From assembly GCA_964617515.1 (NCBI GenBank), contig CAZTXO010000005.1, forward strand, positions 98 through 64,097: DNA of 64,000 nt, given 5' to 3'. Below the pieces are notes generated by a model that was given only the letters and a program-made list of their open reading frames with translations, was not told where the DNA came from and did not search any database. Source of the DNA: an uncultured Saprospiraceae bacterium. Its GTDB lineage: Bacteria; Bacteroidota; Bacteroidia; Chitinophagales; Saprospiraceae. Made by a program: the position numbers and the translations under genes. Positions 27,901 to 36,510 of the stretch are shown in pieces. The first letter of the stretch is position 1, and each line of letters starts with the position of its first letter.

Positions 27901-30031
27901 TTACTACTGGCGTGTCAGCTATGACAGCCTTTCGCCAAACCAGGGATATCTCTGGAGCCGCCATTCCTTCCTGTATAAAGCCACCAGTCCGCCGGGCTGG
28001 AACCAGTCTCATTTCTATCAGTACACAGATGACGTACTCGAACAGGTCCAGGCCGACAGCCTCGAGCACAATTTCGATTTTGACCGATCCGCTACCAATT
28101 TCAGGATCTTAAACCGGTATCAGCATCCGGAGACCGGCGGCATTCCATTCGGGTATATCGATAATGTCTATTACACCGAATTCTTCTCCAAATTCACGGG
28201 TAATGAAGTAGATGTCTTTGTGGTGGTGGTGGATCCGGTCACCGGCGAATTCATGTTCAATCCGAATCCGGGCCGCTATGGTTCATTCAATAACCTCTCC
28301 TATGCTATACGTTGCTTCCCCTACAGGACGGACGTAGCCCAAAGCCGTCAGGCGCTGATCCATTTTATCCGTGATACCATCCCGGACGGATCGATCGTGT
28401 TTCTATACACGTATCAGCGTCCGGCCCGGCCTGACTATTTTCCGCAGCAATGGACGGAGGATGAAACGATGTTTGGGGAGAGTATTTTCTCCCTGGTCGA
28501 ACACCAGTTCCCCACATCGGCCATTCGCACACTGGCCGAATCCGGCAGTAAACCTTATATCGTGAGTTTCCGCAAAGGTATGGGAGGCATCCAGGAAGTC
28601 ATCGCGGCGGATACCTCGGATGTGATCTCGCTGAGTTATGATATCCTGAAGACTTTGCCCCGGGGCATGTTTGTTTCAACCCTGGTCGGGCCGGCTTCCA
28701 GGTGGTATTCGATCCAGTGGGATGTGAAGGGCCGGGAAATCGATTCCGTTGGTACGGATACAATGCAGGCCTGGGCTTTGTCGGCGGATCTCACGGACAC
28801 GCTTTGGATCTCAAACCAGTTGCTGGCAAAGGATACCAATATCTCGGAGATCGATGCACGTCAATATCCCTACCTCCAGTTGTCCTTGTCGACCGAGGAC
28901 ACGGTTTCTTTTGTTCCAACAGCCCTCCAATATTGGCGCGTTTTGTATGACGGATTCCCGGAGCTTGTCATCAATCCCGACATAGGGTTTTTATTTGTCG
29001 CGGACACCTTATACCAGGGAGAAACCATGAGCCTGGCCACGGTGATCGAAAACCTGAGTGATATCCCGGCAGATTCGATTCCCCTTACGCTCCGGATCAG
29101 CGGAGAACAGCAATCCAGCATCGAATTACGGGATACGATTCTGCACCTGGCACCCAATACCTATCTCCCTGTTTCATTTACGCGAAACACGGCCGATTTG
29201 TCCGGTGATTACCAGGTCTTCACGGAGATCAATCCGGGCAGAAGTATCCCGGAGTTGAACTATGCCAACAATATCGGCGTCCTGCCGATGCATGTGATCA
29301 CCGACAAAGCAAATCCGGTGCTGGACGTTACGTTCGACGGGTTCCATATTCAGGATGGCGATATCGTCGCCGCACGACCGCTGATCGCGATCCGTCTCCA
29401 CGATGAAAATGCGTATGCCCTGCTCCGGGATACAACCATCTTTGAAATTTACCTGCAGTTCCCTTCCGCGCATGATCCGGCATATGTTTCCTTTACACAG
29501 CCATGGGTGTCATTCTTTCCCGCGGATGGCGCAGGACCCAATATCGCGGTAGCCGAGTTGCGCCCCGACCTGTTCGAAGAGGGTATTTATGAACTTCATA
29601 TTCAGGCGCATGATGCTTCAGGCAATCCGGCAGGCGATAATGCTTACTTCGTTTCCTTTGAAGTCATTCATCACAAGGCTATTTCACACCTGTATAACTT
29701 TCCCAATCCGTTCCGGGATGCAACGCGGTTTATTTATACATTGACCGGCGAAGGGTCACCCGCCTTTTATCAAATCGAAATCATCTCCGCTTCGGGAGTG
29801 CCTGTCCGGACGATCAGCCAGGAGGAATTGGGCCCATTGGCTGTTGGAACACATCCGACCTGGTATGCATGGGACGGAACGGATCAAAACGGAAGCCCTT
29901 TACCCGCCGGGGTATATTTCTATCACCTCGTAGCCAGGGATGAAAATGAAGTGGATTACGACCGCCATCCGCTGAGCGGTGACGCCCGTTTTTATGATCG
30001 GGACTGGGGTAAATTAATCCTGGTCCGGTAG
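24992..30031 (+). CDS. very large C25 (gingipain-like) cysteine peptidase family protein with C-terminal Ig-like/T9SS-type domain
   Basis: I chose the start at MRTKVYLFLLLSFFSMSRIPAQ (signal peptide). His is in LNYLGHSS (nt 26888-26890) and Cys in SAMGCSAG (nt 26978-26980), 30 residues apart. The C-terminus reads FPNPFRDATRFIY...LPAGVYFYHLVA. Confidence 0.7.
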   Translation: MRTKVYLFLLLSFFSMSRIPAQMVVGPDTLVGTEWIRYDQDYYRFTIPEDGVYRITASDLQGAGIDPGQVTGQSVRLYSLGQQVPVFVSTDDAFGPDDYIEFFGYRNRGEMDRFLFYHPQADMLNPLHSLYTDQRPYYLKFEGTDPPLRVIQVPNVLNNPPAPIPFYIHTEQQVFTTSLHDPYFPVADGGAVSYSSYIHGEGFSKGLEATSTVNIPATDPASSGPDALVHLRFASANYQSHSFPVYWNEQLIFTLRAIDIEIIDTFFTVPSASLLSGNQLKINSNNALSRLALAEVTLTYPRLVSAANASVMTMTLPTAGADVYAVVDAFHHQGTSPILYTADGKYRMMAEINGQNQVHFLWPKSSTATTIVMLDPATQVRPIGALTKKRFTDITADDTEYIIITHPDLMDPGTSSDYVQYRMSPAGGNYRAKAYSILDLYDQFGYGIEKHPQAIRNFVEFIHRHWTSAKMIFIVGRAIEYNRSRYAGGGWEPYFFVPTFGRPGGDNLLAATVWDLVPRYPVGRLAATNRDAVHLYLDKVREHDMAVAQGAQTLGDKSWIKNVMHIAGGKTADEQVGFRATLDQLGEELAASDFGARIYHFQKESSDIIGESQSKQIEKLLHDGCSILNYLGHSSASTFEFTINDAAEWNNKGRYPIFSAMGCSAGQIHGTNYSLSDRYVQIADEGAIAFISGSGSQFPGALVSWARPWYDYIGNLAYGSTLGESILYGLQAVSHFVEVGYTVSNPFRFLLEQQTFQGDPALRVNPLPGPDYLVDRASVSLTPEILNTALDSFTLQFSIFNIGRNLRQETTCRAKLQYPDGSESVILQDTFSADRFESILRHRLPMIAGLKPGSYRLLISVDPDQQIAELPAPDAESNNDLRDNLGVEGIQIVLLSNVVTAVYPDDYAIVNKAPVLVASSSNAFASPQNIHFEVDTTALFNSPLRIREVFPGHGALLKWSPPLNWIDNTVYYWRVSYDSLSPNQGYLWSRHSFLYKATSPPGWNQSHFYQYTDDVLEQVQADSLEHNFDFDRSATNFRILNRYQHPETGGIPFGYIDNVYYTEFFSKFTGNEVDVFVVVVDPVTGEFMFNPNPGRYGSFNNLSYAIRCFPYRTDVAQSRQALIHFIRDTIPDGSIVFLYTYQRPARPDYFPQQWTEDETMFGESIFSLVEHQFPTSAIRTLAESGSKPYIVSFRKGMGGIQEVIAADTSDVISLSYDILKTLPRGMFVSTLVGPASRWYSIQWDVKGREIDSVGTDTMQAWALSADLTDTLWISNQLLAKDTNISEIDARQYPYLQLSLSTEDTVSFVPTALQYWRVLYDGFPELVINPDIGFLFVADTLYQGETMSLATVIENLSDIPADSIPLTLRISGEQQSSIELRDTILHLAPNTYLPVSFTRNTADLSGDYQVFTEINPGRSIPELNYANNIGVLPMHVITDKANPVLDVTFDGFHIQDGDIVAARPLIAIRLHDENAYALLRDTTIFEIYLQFPSAHDPAYVSFTQPWVSFFPADGAGPNIAVAELRPDLFEEGIYELHIQAHDASGNPAGDNAYFVSFEVIHHKAISHLYNFPNPFRDATRFIYTLTGEGSPAFYQIEIISASGVPVRTISQEELGPLAVGTHPTWYAWDGTDQNGSPLPAGVYFYHLVARDENEVDYDRHPLSGDARFYDRDWGKLILVR

Positions 30032-30835
30032 CCCTGATTGCTTCTTGCGGGCCTGCCAACGGCGCGCCACCATGCGCGGGAACCAGGCCAGGGCATACCG
30101 GATCGATTGGATCATCGAAATTTTTATTTCAACGGGAAATGGTTTCACTTCCCTTTTTGAAAAAACCGGAATACCCTTGTACGTATCCGGGCTGTAATTG
30201 CCCCGGTGACGCAGATGCATCCATCCGGCGGGAGCGTCCAGGTTGATCACGCCTGCCTTTTCCGGCAGTCGCCAGTGCGGAAACCCATAGACCGTCAGGA
30301 TTTCCGGAGTATCCCGTTGCTCCACCAGGCTGATAAACTGGTTGTGGAAACGTTCGTTCCATTTTTTGACGATGCCCAGCCGTATGTCGTACTCATAGCC
30401 TGCATTAAAATTGATGACCGTTAAAGGAGCCGGTCGGAACGCCGCCTGGATGGAGGCTATAAACGTACGGCTGACCATGTCATCATTATCAAGCCTGGTG
30501 GTGATGATGTACGGTTCCGGGCTTTTCATCATTCTTTCCCGTAGGCTCGATAGCATATGTGCAAAATCCACTACGGGCAGGAACTCCAGGTGCGGCAATG
30601 AAGTCCGGAGCGCCAGCAGATTGTTCAGCACAGGCGCCGGTGTTTCAGCATCCACGTAAACCAGCCAGGTAAAGTTGGTTTCCGTCTGTTGCTGGAGGGA
30701 TGGTACACAAAACCGGGAGAAATAAAACAGTCGTTCTTCGAGCCAGGATGCATCGAGTGGAGGGGAGATGATTTTTTCCGGCCCCATACCATCAATGCGG
30801 ACATTGAATCGCGTGATGACGTAATGGCTAAACAT
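30014..30835 (-). CDS. putative glycosyltransferase, paralog 1 (HYxITRFNV / RLDNDD family, rhamnosyltransferase-like)
   Basis: Motifs: MFSHYVITRFNV, FTWLVYVD and TTRLDNDD. Its 3' end overlaps the convergent C25 gene by 18 nt. Confidence 0.6.
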   Translation of the reverse strand: MFSHYVITRFNVRIDGMGPEKIISPPLDASWLEERLFYFSRFCVPSLQQQTETNFTWLVYVDAETPAPVLNNLLALRTSLPHLEFLPVVDFAHMLSSLRERMMKSPEPYIITTRLDNDDMVSRTFIASIQAAFRPAPLTVINFNAGYEYDIRLGIVKKWNERFHNQFISLVEQRDTPEILTVYGFPHWRLPEKAGVINLDAPAGWMHLRHRGNYSPDTYKGIPVFSKREVKPFPVEIKISMIQSIRYALAWFPRMVARRWQARKKQSGLPDQD

Positions 30836-30898
30836 GGGGATATGCTATATTTACACGCGTTGACGGCCTTCGCAGGGATGTTTTGATGTAATAGCGCT

Positions 30899-31720
30899 AT
30901 GCCAAAGGTAACCATTTTACAAGCCGGCGTTTCCCCACAGTACTGGCAACGCATACGCGAATGTTTCCACTACATGGATCTCCTCCGGATGCTGGCGTAC
31001 CGCGATCTCCGCGTTCGGTATGCCCAGACGGTCCTTGGGATTGCCTGGGCCCTGATGAATCCGCTGATCAGCGTCATCCTGCTCTATTTTGTCTTTGGTG
31101 TCATCGCGCGTGTGGATACGCAGACGGTGCCGCCCCTGCTCTTCAGTATGGCGGGACTGTATGTCTGGAATTATTTTTCACGGGTGGTCAGCGATGCGGG
31201 AGGCTCGATCATCGGCGCCCAGTCCCTGGTCAAAAAAGTATATTTCCCCAGGCTGATCATCCCGTTGTCCAAAGCGGTCAGCGCGATCATGGATTTGGTC
31301 ATCGTGCTGGGAATGCTCATCGTGATGCTGCTGGTCTACCGTATTGAGCTGGGCTGGCAGATCCTCTGGATTTTCCCGCTGACGATCCTGACCGTTATCG
31401 CCGCCCTGGCTTTTGGGATCTGGGTATCGGCGCTGACGATCCGGTACCGGGACTTCAATCACATACTTCCCCTCGCTTTGCGGATCGGCATGTTTATCAG
31501 TCCGATCGCTTACAGTGCTTCGCTTGTTCCGCCCGCGTACCGCTGGGCGTACAATCTCAATCCGCTTTCCGCTATCATGGAGGGCGTGCGCTGGTCTTTG
31601 TTTCAGACGCCTTTTGAGGCAGGATCACTCTGGTATGCCGGAGTCGTTATCCTCATCACGCTTTTGACCGGCATCTGGTACTTTATCTATATGGAACAAT
31701 ACATCGCAGACATCATCTGA
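30899..31720 (+). CDS. wzm: ABC-2 type polysaccharide export permease (Wzm/TagG-like)
   Basis: LAYRDLRVRYAQTVLGIAWALMNPL is a typical N-terminal motif. The protein has about six hydrophobic helices. Confidence 0.85.
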   Translation: MPKVTILQAGVSPQYWQRIRECFHYMDLLRMLAYRDLRVRYAQTVLGIAWALMNPLISVILLYFVFGVIARVDTQTVPPLLFSMAGLYVWNYFSRVVSDAGGSIIGAQSLVKKVYFPRLIIPLSKAVSAIMDLVIVLGMLIVMLLVYRIELGWQILWIFPLTILTVIAALAFGIWVSALTIRYRDFNHILPLALRIGMFISPIAYSASLVPPAYRWAYNLNPLSAIMEGVRWSLFQTPFEAGSLWYAGVVILITLLTGIWYFIYMEQYIADII

Positions 31721-31726
31721 CCGGAC

Positions 31727-32956
31727 ATGCACGACTCTTATCCCGCCATCGTCCTGGAGGATGTCTCCAAACGTTACCAACGCGGCCATTTGCGGAAACG
31801 TGATCTCAAAGGCAGCCTGGCCGGCTGGATGTTTGAGCGTTCCGCCCGGCACCGGGAATCTTTCTACGCGTTAAAGGATATCCGGCTCAGAATCGAGCAG
31901 GGGGATATCGTCGGCATCGTCGGTCCGAATGGTGCCGGTAAATCAACGTTACTCAAACTGCTCTCCCGGATTACCTATCCCTCTTCGGGGCGTATTTTCA
32001 TCCATGGGACCTTGTCCAGCATGCTCGAAGTGGGCACCGGATTTCATCCGGAACTCACGGGCCGTGAGAATATTTATCTCAACGGCGCCATCATCGGCAT
32101 GAAGCGTGCAGAGGTGACCCGGAAACTCGAGAGTATCATCGAATTTTCCGGTGTCCGCGAATTTGTCGACACGCCGGTCAAGCACTATTCGTCGGGCATG
32201 TATGTCCGACTGGCGTTTTCCGTCGCGGCCCATCTCGAACCCGATATTCTGCTGATCGATGAAGTGCTGGCCGTTGGGGACCAGGCCTTCAGGCGAAAAT
32301 GCATGGACAAACTCCTCGATGTGTCCGGGCAGGGAAGGACCATCCTGATCGTCAGTCACCAGATGGCCTATCTCAAAGAGCTATGCCGTTCCGGTATCTT
32401 TCTCGAATCCGGTCATATCCAATATTCCGGTTCAATCGATGAGACCATTCAGCACTATGTGAGCCACTATGAATCCCATGCAGGGGAAGCGGTCAGAGAG
32501 CGGAAAGACCGGAGGGGATCAGGCGCTCTGCGCATGGAGCGTATTGATCTGAAGGATGAAGAGGGGATATCCGTGCGATCTGTTCATGCGGGACAGGCAG
32601 TCCGTTTCCAGTTGCAATTGAAGGCACAGGTCACCGAGGTGTTTAACGTGGTGATCCAACTGGAATTTTACGATATGTACGGACAACTCTGGTTTATGGC
32701 GGGCAATACGATCACCGACAGTTCGCTCGCCCGTCTAGAGGGGACAGCGGTACTCGAATGTGTTATCCCTAAGATCCCGCTCAATGCGCAGATGTATTTT
32801 GTCAGCGCTTCCGTCTGGGTGAGCCGGGACCTCGCCGATGAGGTAAAAAACATACTCACTTTCGAAGTGGAGCCGGGCGCTTTCTACCCTTCGGGCCATC
32901 TCCCGCCGATCAACAAAGGCATGCTCGTGGAGTATTCGTGGAGGGAAGTGAAGTAG
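31727..32956 (+). CDS. wzt: polysaccharide ABC transporter ATP-binding protein with C-terminal extension (Wzt-like)
   Basis: Walker A GPNGAGKST, signature YSSGM and Walker B ILLIDE. About 150 extra C-terminal residues follow the NBD. Confidence 0.88.
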   Translation: MHDSYPAIVLEDVSKRYQRGHLRKRDLKGSLAGWMFERSARHRESFYALKDIRLRIEQGDIVGIVGPNGAGKSTLLKLLSRITYPSSGRIFIHGTLSSMLEVGTGFHPELTGRENIYLNGAIIGMKRAEVTRKLESIIEFSGVREFVDTPVKHYSSGMYVRLAFSVAAHLEPDILLIDEVLAVGDQAFRRKCMDKLLDVSGQGRTILIVSHQMAYLKELCRSGIFLESGHIQYSGSIDETIQHYVSHYESHAGEAVRERKDRRGSGALRMERIDLKDEEGISVRSVHAGQAVRFQLQLKAQVTEVFNVVIQLEFYDMYGQLWFMAGNTITDSSLARLEGTAVLECVIPKIPLNAQMYFVSASVWVSRDLADEVKNILTFEVEPGAFYPSGHLPPINKGMLVEYSWREVK

Positions 32957-33014
32957 GGCTGGTGATTTTTGGTACTATTTGGCAGTGAGTATGGTGAAAA
33001 TAGCGGGTGGGCAC

Positions 33015-33066
33015 GGGTCAAATCAAAGATTGAAGACACCAGAACGTAGGGTCAAATCAAAGATTG
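33015..33066 (+). repeat. 18-nt direct repeat, two copies 34 nt apart
   Basis: gggtcaaatcaaagattg occurs at 33015-33032 and 33049-33066, in the convergent wzt/methyltransferase spacer. Confidence 0.85.
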
Positions 33067-33079
33067 GAGGATGCCGGAA

Positions 33080-33097
33080 TCCCGATAACAATCGGGA
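33080..33097. terminator. short hairpin between convergent genes
   Basis: tcccgat-aaca-atcggga forms a 7-bp stem. There is no clear U-tract. Confidence 0.3.
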
Positions 33098-33136
33098 GTT
33101 AACCGACGCTCAACAGAAGAGGGAAAATTGCGACAC

Positions 33137-33823
33137 TCAGCTATGATTCGTATGCACAGGTTCCGCCGTGACGAGCAAGGTTTGATGTTGATGGTCCACG
33201 ATTTCAGCGGAAAGAATTTTCAGGTAAGGAGATAAAAAGCGTAACAGTTCGGATCGCGACCATTCACGGTAATGCGCGGGATTTGGCGGTGGACCATAGT
33301 GAAACCATCCGCGGCGGAGATTTCGCTCCGGGGTACTGATGAGTATCCTTTTCCATCCCCGCGTCCCCAGGATGTGTTGCAGGAAGGTATCCGGGTTTGC
33401 CACATGCTCCAACACATCGGCACATATGATCAGATCCGTTTCGTGAGCGGCCGGATCGAAATCAGTTGAAGAAAGCCATTGGCGGCCGGGATAGATTGCC
33501 CGGACACGATCAATGGTGGCGGGTAAATCGATGCCCAGTGTTTTATATGCCCCCAGGTATTGTATGAGCTTATAACCCGAACCGCAACCAATGTCCATGA
33601 TATGCTGCCAGCCCTGATCTGCCATGAGGCGGGCCGCGGTCTCATAGACAGCTTTTTGATACTCATCTTTCCTGTCAAGGTCATCATGCAGCACCACCTC
33701 GCCCCGGTGGATATATCCCCGTTTGATGGCATACCGCGAAGGCGAATACAACGACCGGAGCATTCCCGACCAAAAGCGGAATACGCCTGCCACTATCCCT
33801 GCCAATTTATTGGACCCCGGCAT
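33137..33823 (-). CDS. class I SAM-dependent methyltransferase
   Basis: IMDIGCGSGYKL (motif I) and ICADVLEHV. I chose the start at MPGSNK; the longer ORF to 33904 would overlap the GT2 gene by 98 nt. Confidence 0.72.
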   Translation of the reverse strand: MPGSNKLAGIVAGVFRFWSGMLRSLYSPSRYAIKRGYIHRGEVVLHDDLDRKDEYQKAVYETAARLMADQGWQHIMDIGCGSGYKLIQYLGAYKTLGIDLPATIDRVRAIYPGRQWLSSTDFDPAAHETDLIICADVLEHVANPDTFLQHILGTRGWKRILISTPERNLRRGWFHYGPPPNPAHYREWSRSELLRFLSPYLKILSAEIVDHQHQTLLVTAEPVHTNHS

Positions 33824-34751
33824 ACGTATCCTTTTTTTCCCGAAGATGCTTCCATGCACCTTTCCATTCACCATAGCGATAGGCCAAAGGCTGTGCCAGC
33901 TCAAAAAATACCCGCTTCAGCGGTACCTGTCTTCGTAGGCCCCATCGGAACAATTGAACCGGAACCTGGTACAGCCGGCTCGCTATGGTCCGCAGCAGGT
34001 GCCAGGAGGCCAGGGAAAGACTTACGGGTTCAATCGCCATTTTATCCCTTCTCCTGGCAAACTCGGCATGTAACATCCAGGCTAAGTTGAGCTTTTCAGC
34101 CCGTACATAATGTCCTGTCTGTAAGCCCGGGATATAACCAATCCGCAAACCCTTCCGGCGCATGCGCAGTTGTAACTCCAATTCCTCTCCATACGCTGCC
34201 TTCCTGCCTGTCATGCCCAGATCCTCGCGGAATCCGTTTAATTGTTGCAGGACAGATCGCCGGACCAGGAAACATCCTCCCCGCAGAAATTCCTTTTCCA
34301 GCAAGGCTGGCTGCTGATAGCGAAGTAAAAATGATCCGAAGCCTTCGGGCACCCAGTCCGGTTTAGCCGGTTCAAAGATGGGATGAATCGGTCCGCCCAT
34401 GGCTTCAAAATCAAATTGAAGGATCGCTTCAGTGGCAGCGCGGACCAGATCTTTGTCGGGAAGACAGTCGTCGTCCAGGTAAAAGATCCATTCCGACCCG
34501 GAGGAGGTCCAACCGGTATTGCGTGCGCGGCTCAATCCGGCTGTACCCTCAACCATATACCGGATGAAAGCATACGTATTTCGGAGCTGATTCACGTATG
34601 CACGCACTTCAGGAGGGGAAAGATTATCCACCACGGTGATACTGTGTGGGGTGCCCAAGACCTGGGGGAGCAAAGCATGCAGGCACCGCCGCAAATAAGG
34701 CAACCGGTCATGCGTGCAAATACAGAAATCAATGGCCGGGAGGTTGGTCAT
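33807..34751 (-). CDS. family-2 glycosyltransferase
   Basis: FCICTHDRLPYL, VVDNLS and YLDDDC (DxD) form a GT-A pattern. Confidence 0.82.
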   Translation of the reverse strand: MTNLPAIDFCICTHDRLPYLRRCLHALLPQVLGTPHSITVVDNLSPPEVRAYVNQLRNTYAFIRYMVEGTAGLSRARNTGWTSSGSEWIFYLDDDCLPDKDLVRAATEAILQFDFEAMGGPIHPIFEPAKPDWVPEGFGSFLLRYQQPALLEKEFLRGGCFLVRRSVLQQLNGFREDLGMTGRKAAYGEELELQLRMRRKGLRIGYIPGLQTGHYVRAEKLNLAWMLHAEFARRRDKMAIEPVSLSLASWHLLRTIASRLYQVPVQLFRWGLRRQVPLKRVFFELAQPLAYRYGEWKGAWKHLREKKDTYAGVQ

Positions 34752-34771
34752 GCGATGAGTGAATCCTTAGA

Positions 34772-35608
34772 TTACCTGGGAGAAGACTTTTTTTGCCGGA
34801 AAAGGGCTGACACCTTTCTTTTCAAACCATCCGGAAGCCACCAAGCCACATAACGCACCGTATTGAGCAGATTAATTTCGAGGCTATCCTTCCTCAGCCC
34901 ATAGTCCTCCGCCACCCGGTTGACGAATACCGGCATTCCAAAGGGAGCACTTTTAAGATTGCGTTGATGAAAGAGCTTGAGCCAACTCCGGTCCGATTCG
35001 ATATCGACTACCGTACATCCGGGAGGGATCACATCATGCGGGAACCCGCGAATGCTTTTATGACCGCCGTCGGGATGGCGCGCTTCGATGAGGCTGGTAA
35101 AATGATTGTACCGCATGTGGCGCAATCGCGTCAACACGTTATGCGCATGGTCATAGCCATGCCCATGAAGCAGGTTGAGGATCGTTCCGGGGTTCGGTAC
35201 GAAATGGGCCTGCACCGTTTTAATAAAATTCCGGCCGAGCGCATCGTCATTGTCGAGACGGGAGGTGATGACAAAGGCTGATTCAGCCTCTTTCAGGGAA
35301 AGGTCTATATCCCGCAGACAGGCATCATATCCATCTACAGGTTTGAGCCGGATGAAGGTATAGGGTTTCACCGTTTCCGATAAGGCTTTCCTTGACATTG
35401 CCGGGGTTTGTTCATCCACGTAGAGCAGCCAGGTAAATTGCGTTTCCGTTTGCGCGAGCACACTGGGCAGGCAATAGGTCCTGAACAGCTTCAGGCGGTG
35501 CTCCAGCCAGGCTTCGTCGCGGGTCGAAGCACCCTGCCTGTCTTTTTCCCATCCTTCAAGGGGTACATTGTACCGGGTGATCAGATAATGGGTAAAGGAA
35601 GGTTTCAT
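34772..35608 (-). CDS. putative glycosyltransferase, paralog 2 (same family as 30014-30835)
   Basis: Motifs: MKPSFTHYLITRYNV, FTWLLYVD and TSRLDNDD. I chose the ATG at 35608, which forms an ATGA overlap with the stop of the upstream paralog. Confidence 0.6.
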   Translation of the reverse strand: MKPSFTHYLITRYNVPLEGWEKDRQGASTRDEAWLEHRLKLFRTYCLPSVLAQTETQFTWLLYVDEQTPAMSRKALSETVKPYTFIRLKPVDGYDACLRDIDLSLKEAESAFVITSRLDNDDALGRNFIKTVQAHFVPNPGTILNLLHGHGYDHAHNVLTRLRHMRYNHFTSLIEARHPDGGHKSIRGFPHDVIPPGCTVVDIESDRSWLKLFHQRNLKSAPFGMPVFVNRVAEDYGLRKDSLEINLLNTVRYVAWWLPDGLKRKVSALFRQKKSSPR

Positions 35609-36510
35609 GTGAGGTCTGTCAGATTCTTTTTGGAAAAAAAGCGCCTTTGCATGGAGGACATTTGCGTCTTCGAAATGTAACCCAATTTCCGGATCAATGC
35701 CACCGGCAACCATTGCAGGATATAAAGCATCGTCTTCCCGAAATGGATGCGAACCCATGCCGGATCGATGCCATACTGTGCCGGGATGGCGCGGACGGGC
35801 ACCGGCCAGCCGAGGTTACGCCGCAGGGCGGCATTGTGGGGGTGAAGGGTCATCCAAAACAAATAGGGAGCCGGAATATTGATGATGTGCATGTCCGGGT
35901 CCGGCACCAGATGCCGGAACCCCAGTACCGTGCGCATGTTTTCCGGTTCTTTTTTCACTTCGATCAGGCTCATGAACGAATTGCGTAAACTGTACCGGTG
36001 CCAGGTCAATATGCCTTTGGTGACATGGTAATGCATACCGCCCAATGGATTTAAGATGGTCTTGTCTTGCTCGATAAAGTGGTCCCGGACGGTTTCCATA
36101 AAGGTCACGCTGATGCCGTCATCGTTATCGAGCCGGGTCGTGATGACATAGAGAGCCGGGGCATGAGCACAAAGCTGGCGAAGCTGGATCAGCATATCCC
36201 CAAACCCGGTAGTGAAAATAAGCTGATAGCGCACCGACGGGTCGATAGCCCTTTTGATCCTTTCGGTGATCGCCAGGGGCGTCTCGAGATCACAAAACAG
36301 GAGCCAGGTGAAATCCTTTTGCGATTGCGCATTGACCGACGGAGCGCAATAATGCTCAAAAAGCGGGATCCGTTCGTTTTCCCAGGTCAGTGTCCTGGAC
36401 GAAGGATCGAAATACTCCGGGCCGAATCCATCCATCCGCACATTGAACCGTGTAACCAGATAATGTGTAATTTTCCCCGTTGTCACACTAACGAAGGTAC
36501 TACTATGCAA
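35605..36510 (-). CDS. putative glycosyltransferase, paralog 3
   Basis: Motifs: ITHYLVTRFNV, FTWLLFCD and TTRLDNDD. The start is uncertain: TTG at 36510 or GTG at 36486. Confidence 0.58.
   Translation of the reverse strand: MHSSTFVSVTTGKITHYLVTRFNVRMDGFGPEYFDPSSRTLTWENERIPLFEHYCAPSVNAQSQKDFTWLLFCDLETPLAITERIKRAIDPSVRYQLIFTTGFGDMLIQLRQLCAHAPALYVITTRLDNDDGISVTFMETVRDHFIEQDKTILNPLGGMHYHVTKGILTWHRYSLRNSFMSLIEVKKEPENMRTVLGFRHLVPDPDMHIINIPAPYLFWMTLHPHNAALRRNLGWPVPVRAIPAQYGIDPAWVRIHFGKTMLYILQWLPVALIRKLGYISKTQMSSMQRRFFSKKNLTDLT

Noticed and set aside
24992-30031. Calling the C25 protein the T9SS sortase PorU outright.
   Set aside because: It is considerably longer than the PorU proteins I recall. 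No PorV-like gene is adjacent, and only the generic C25 His/Cys contexts are visible. I kept the call as a family-level C25 protein with a hypothesis.
36067-36504. N-terminal extensions of tracked ORFs: 36067-36504 (AI-2E), 24833-24991 (C25), 53694-53894 (sigma), 43014-43124 (SusC), 45305-45340 (GH3), 1673-1840 (PhzF), 58126-58203 (gmk), 59001-59063 (yicC) and 57552-57578 (apaG).
   Set aside because: The extensions overlap neighbouring genes or repeats and lack signal-peptide or family features. Internal start codons give canonical N-termini and typical lengths.
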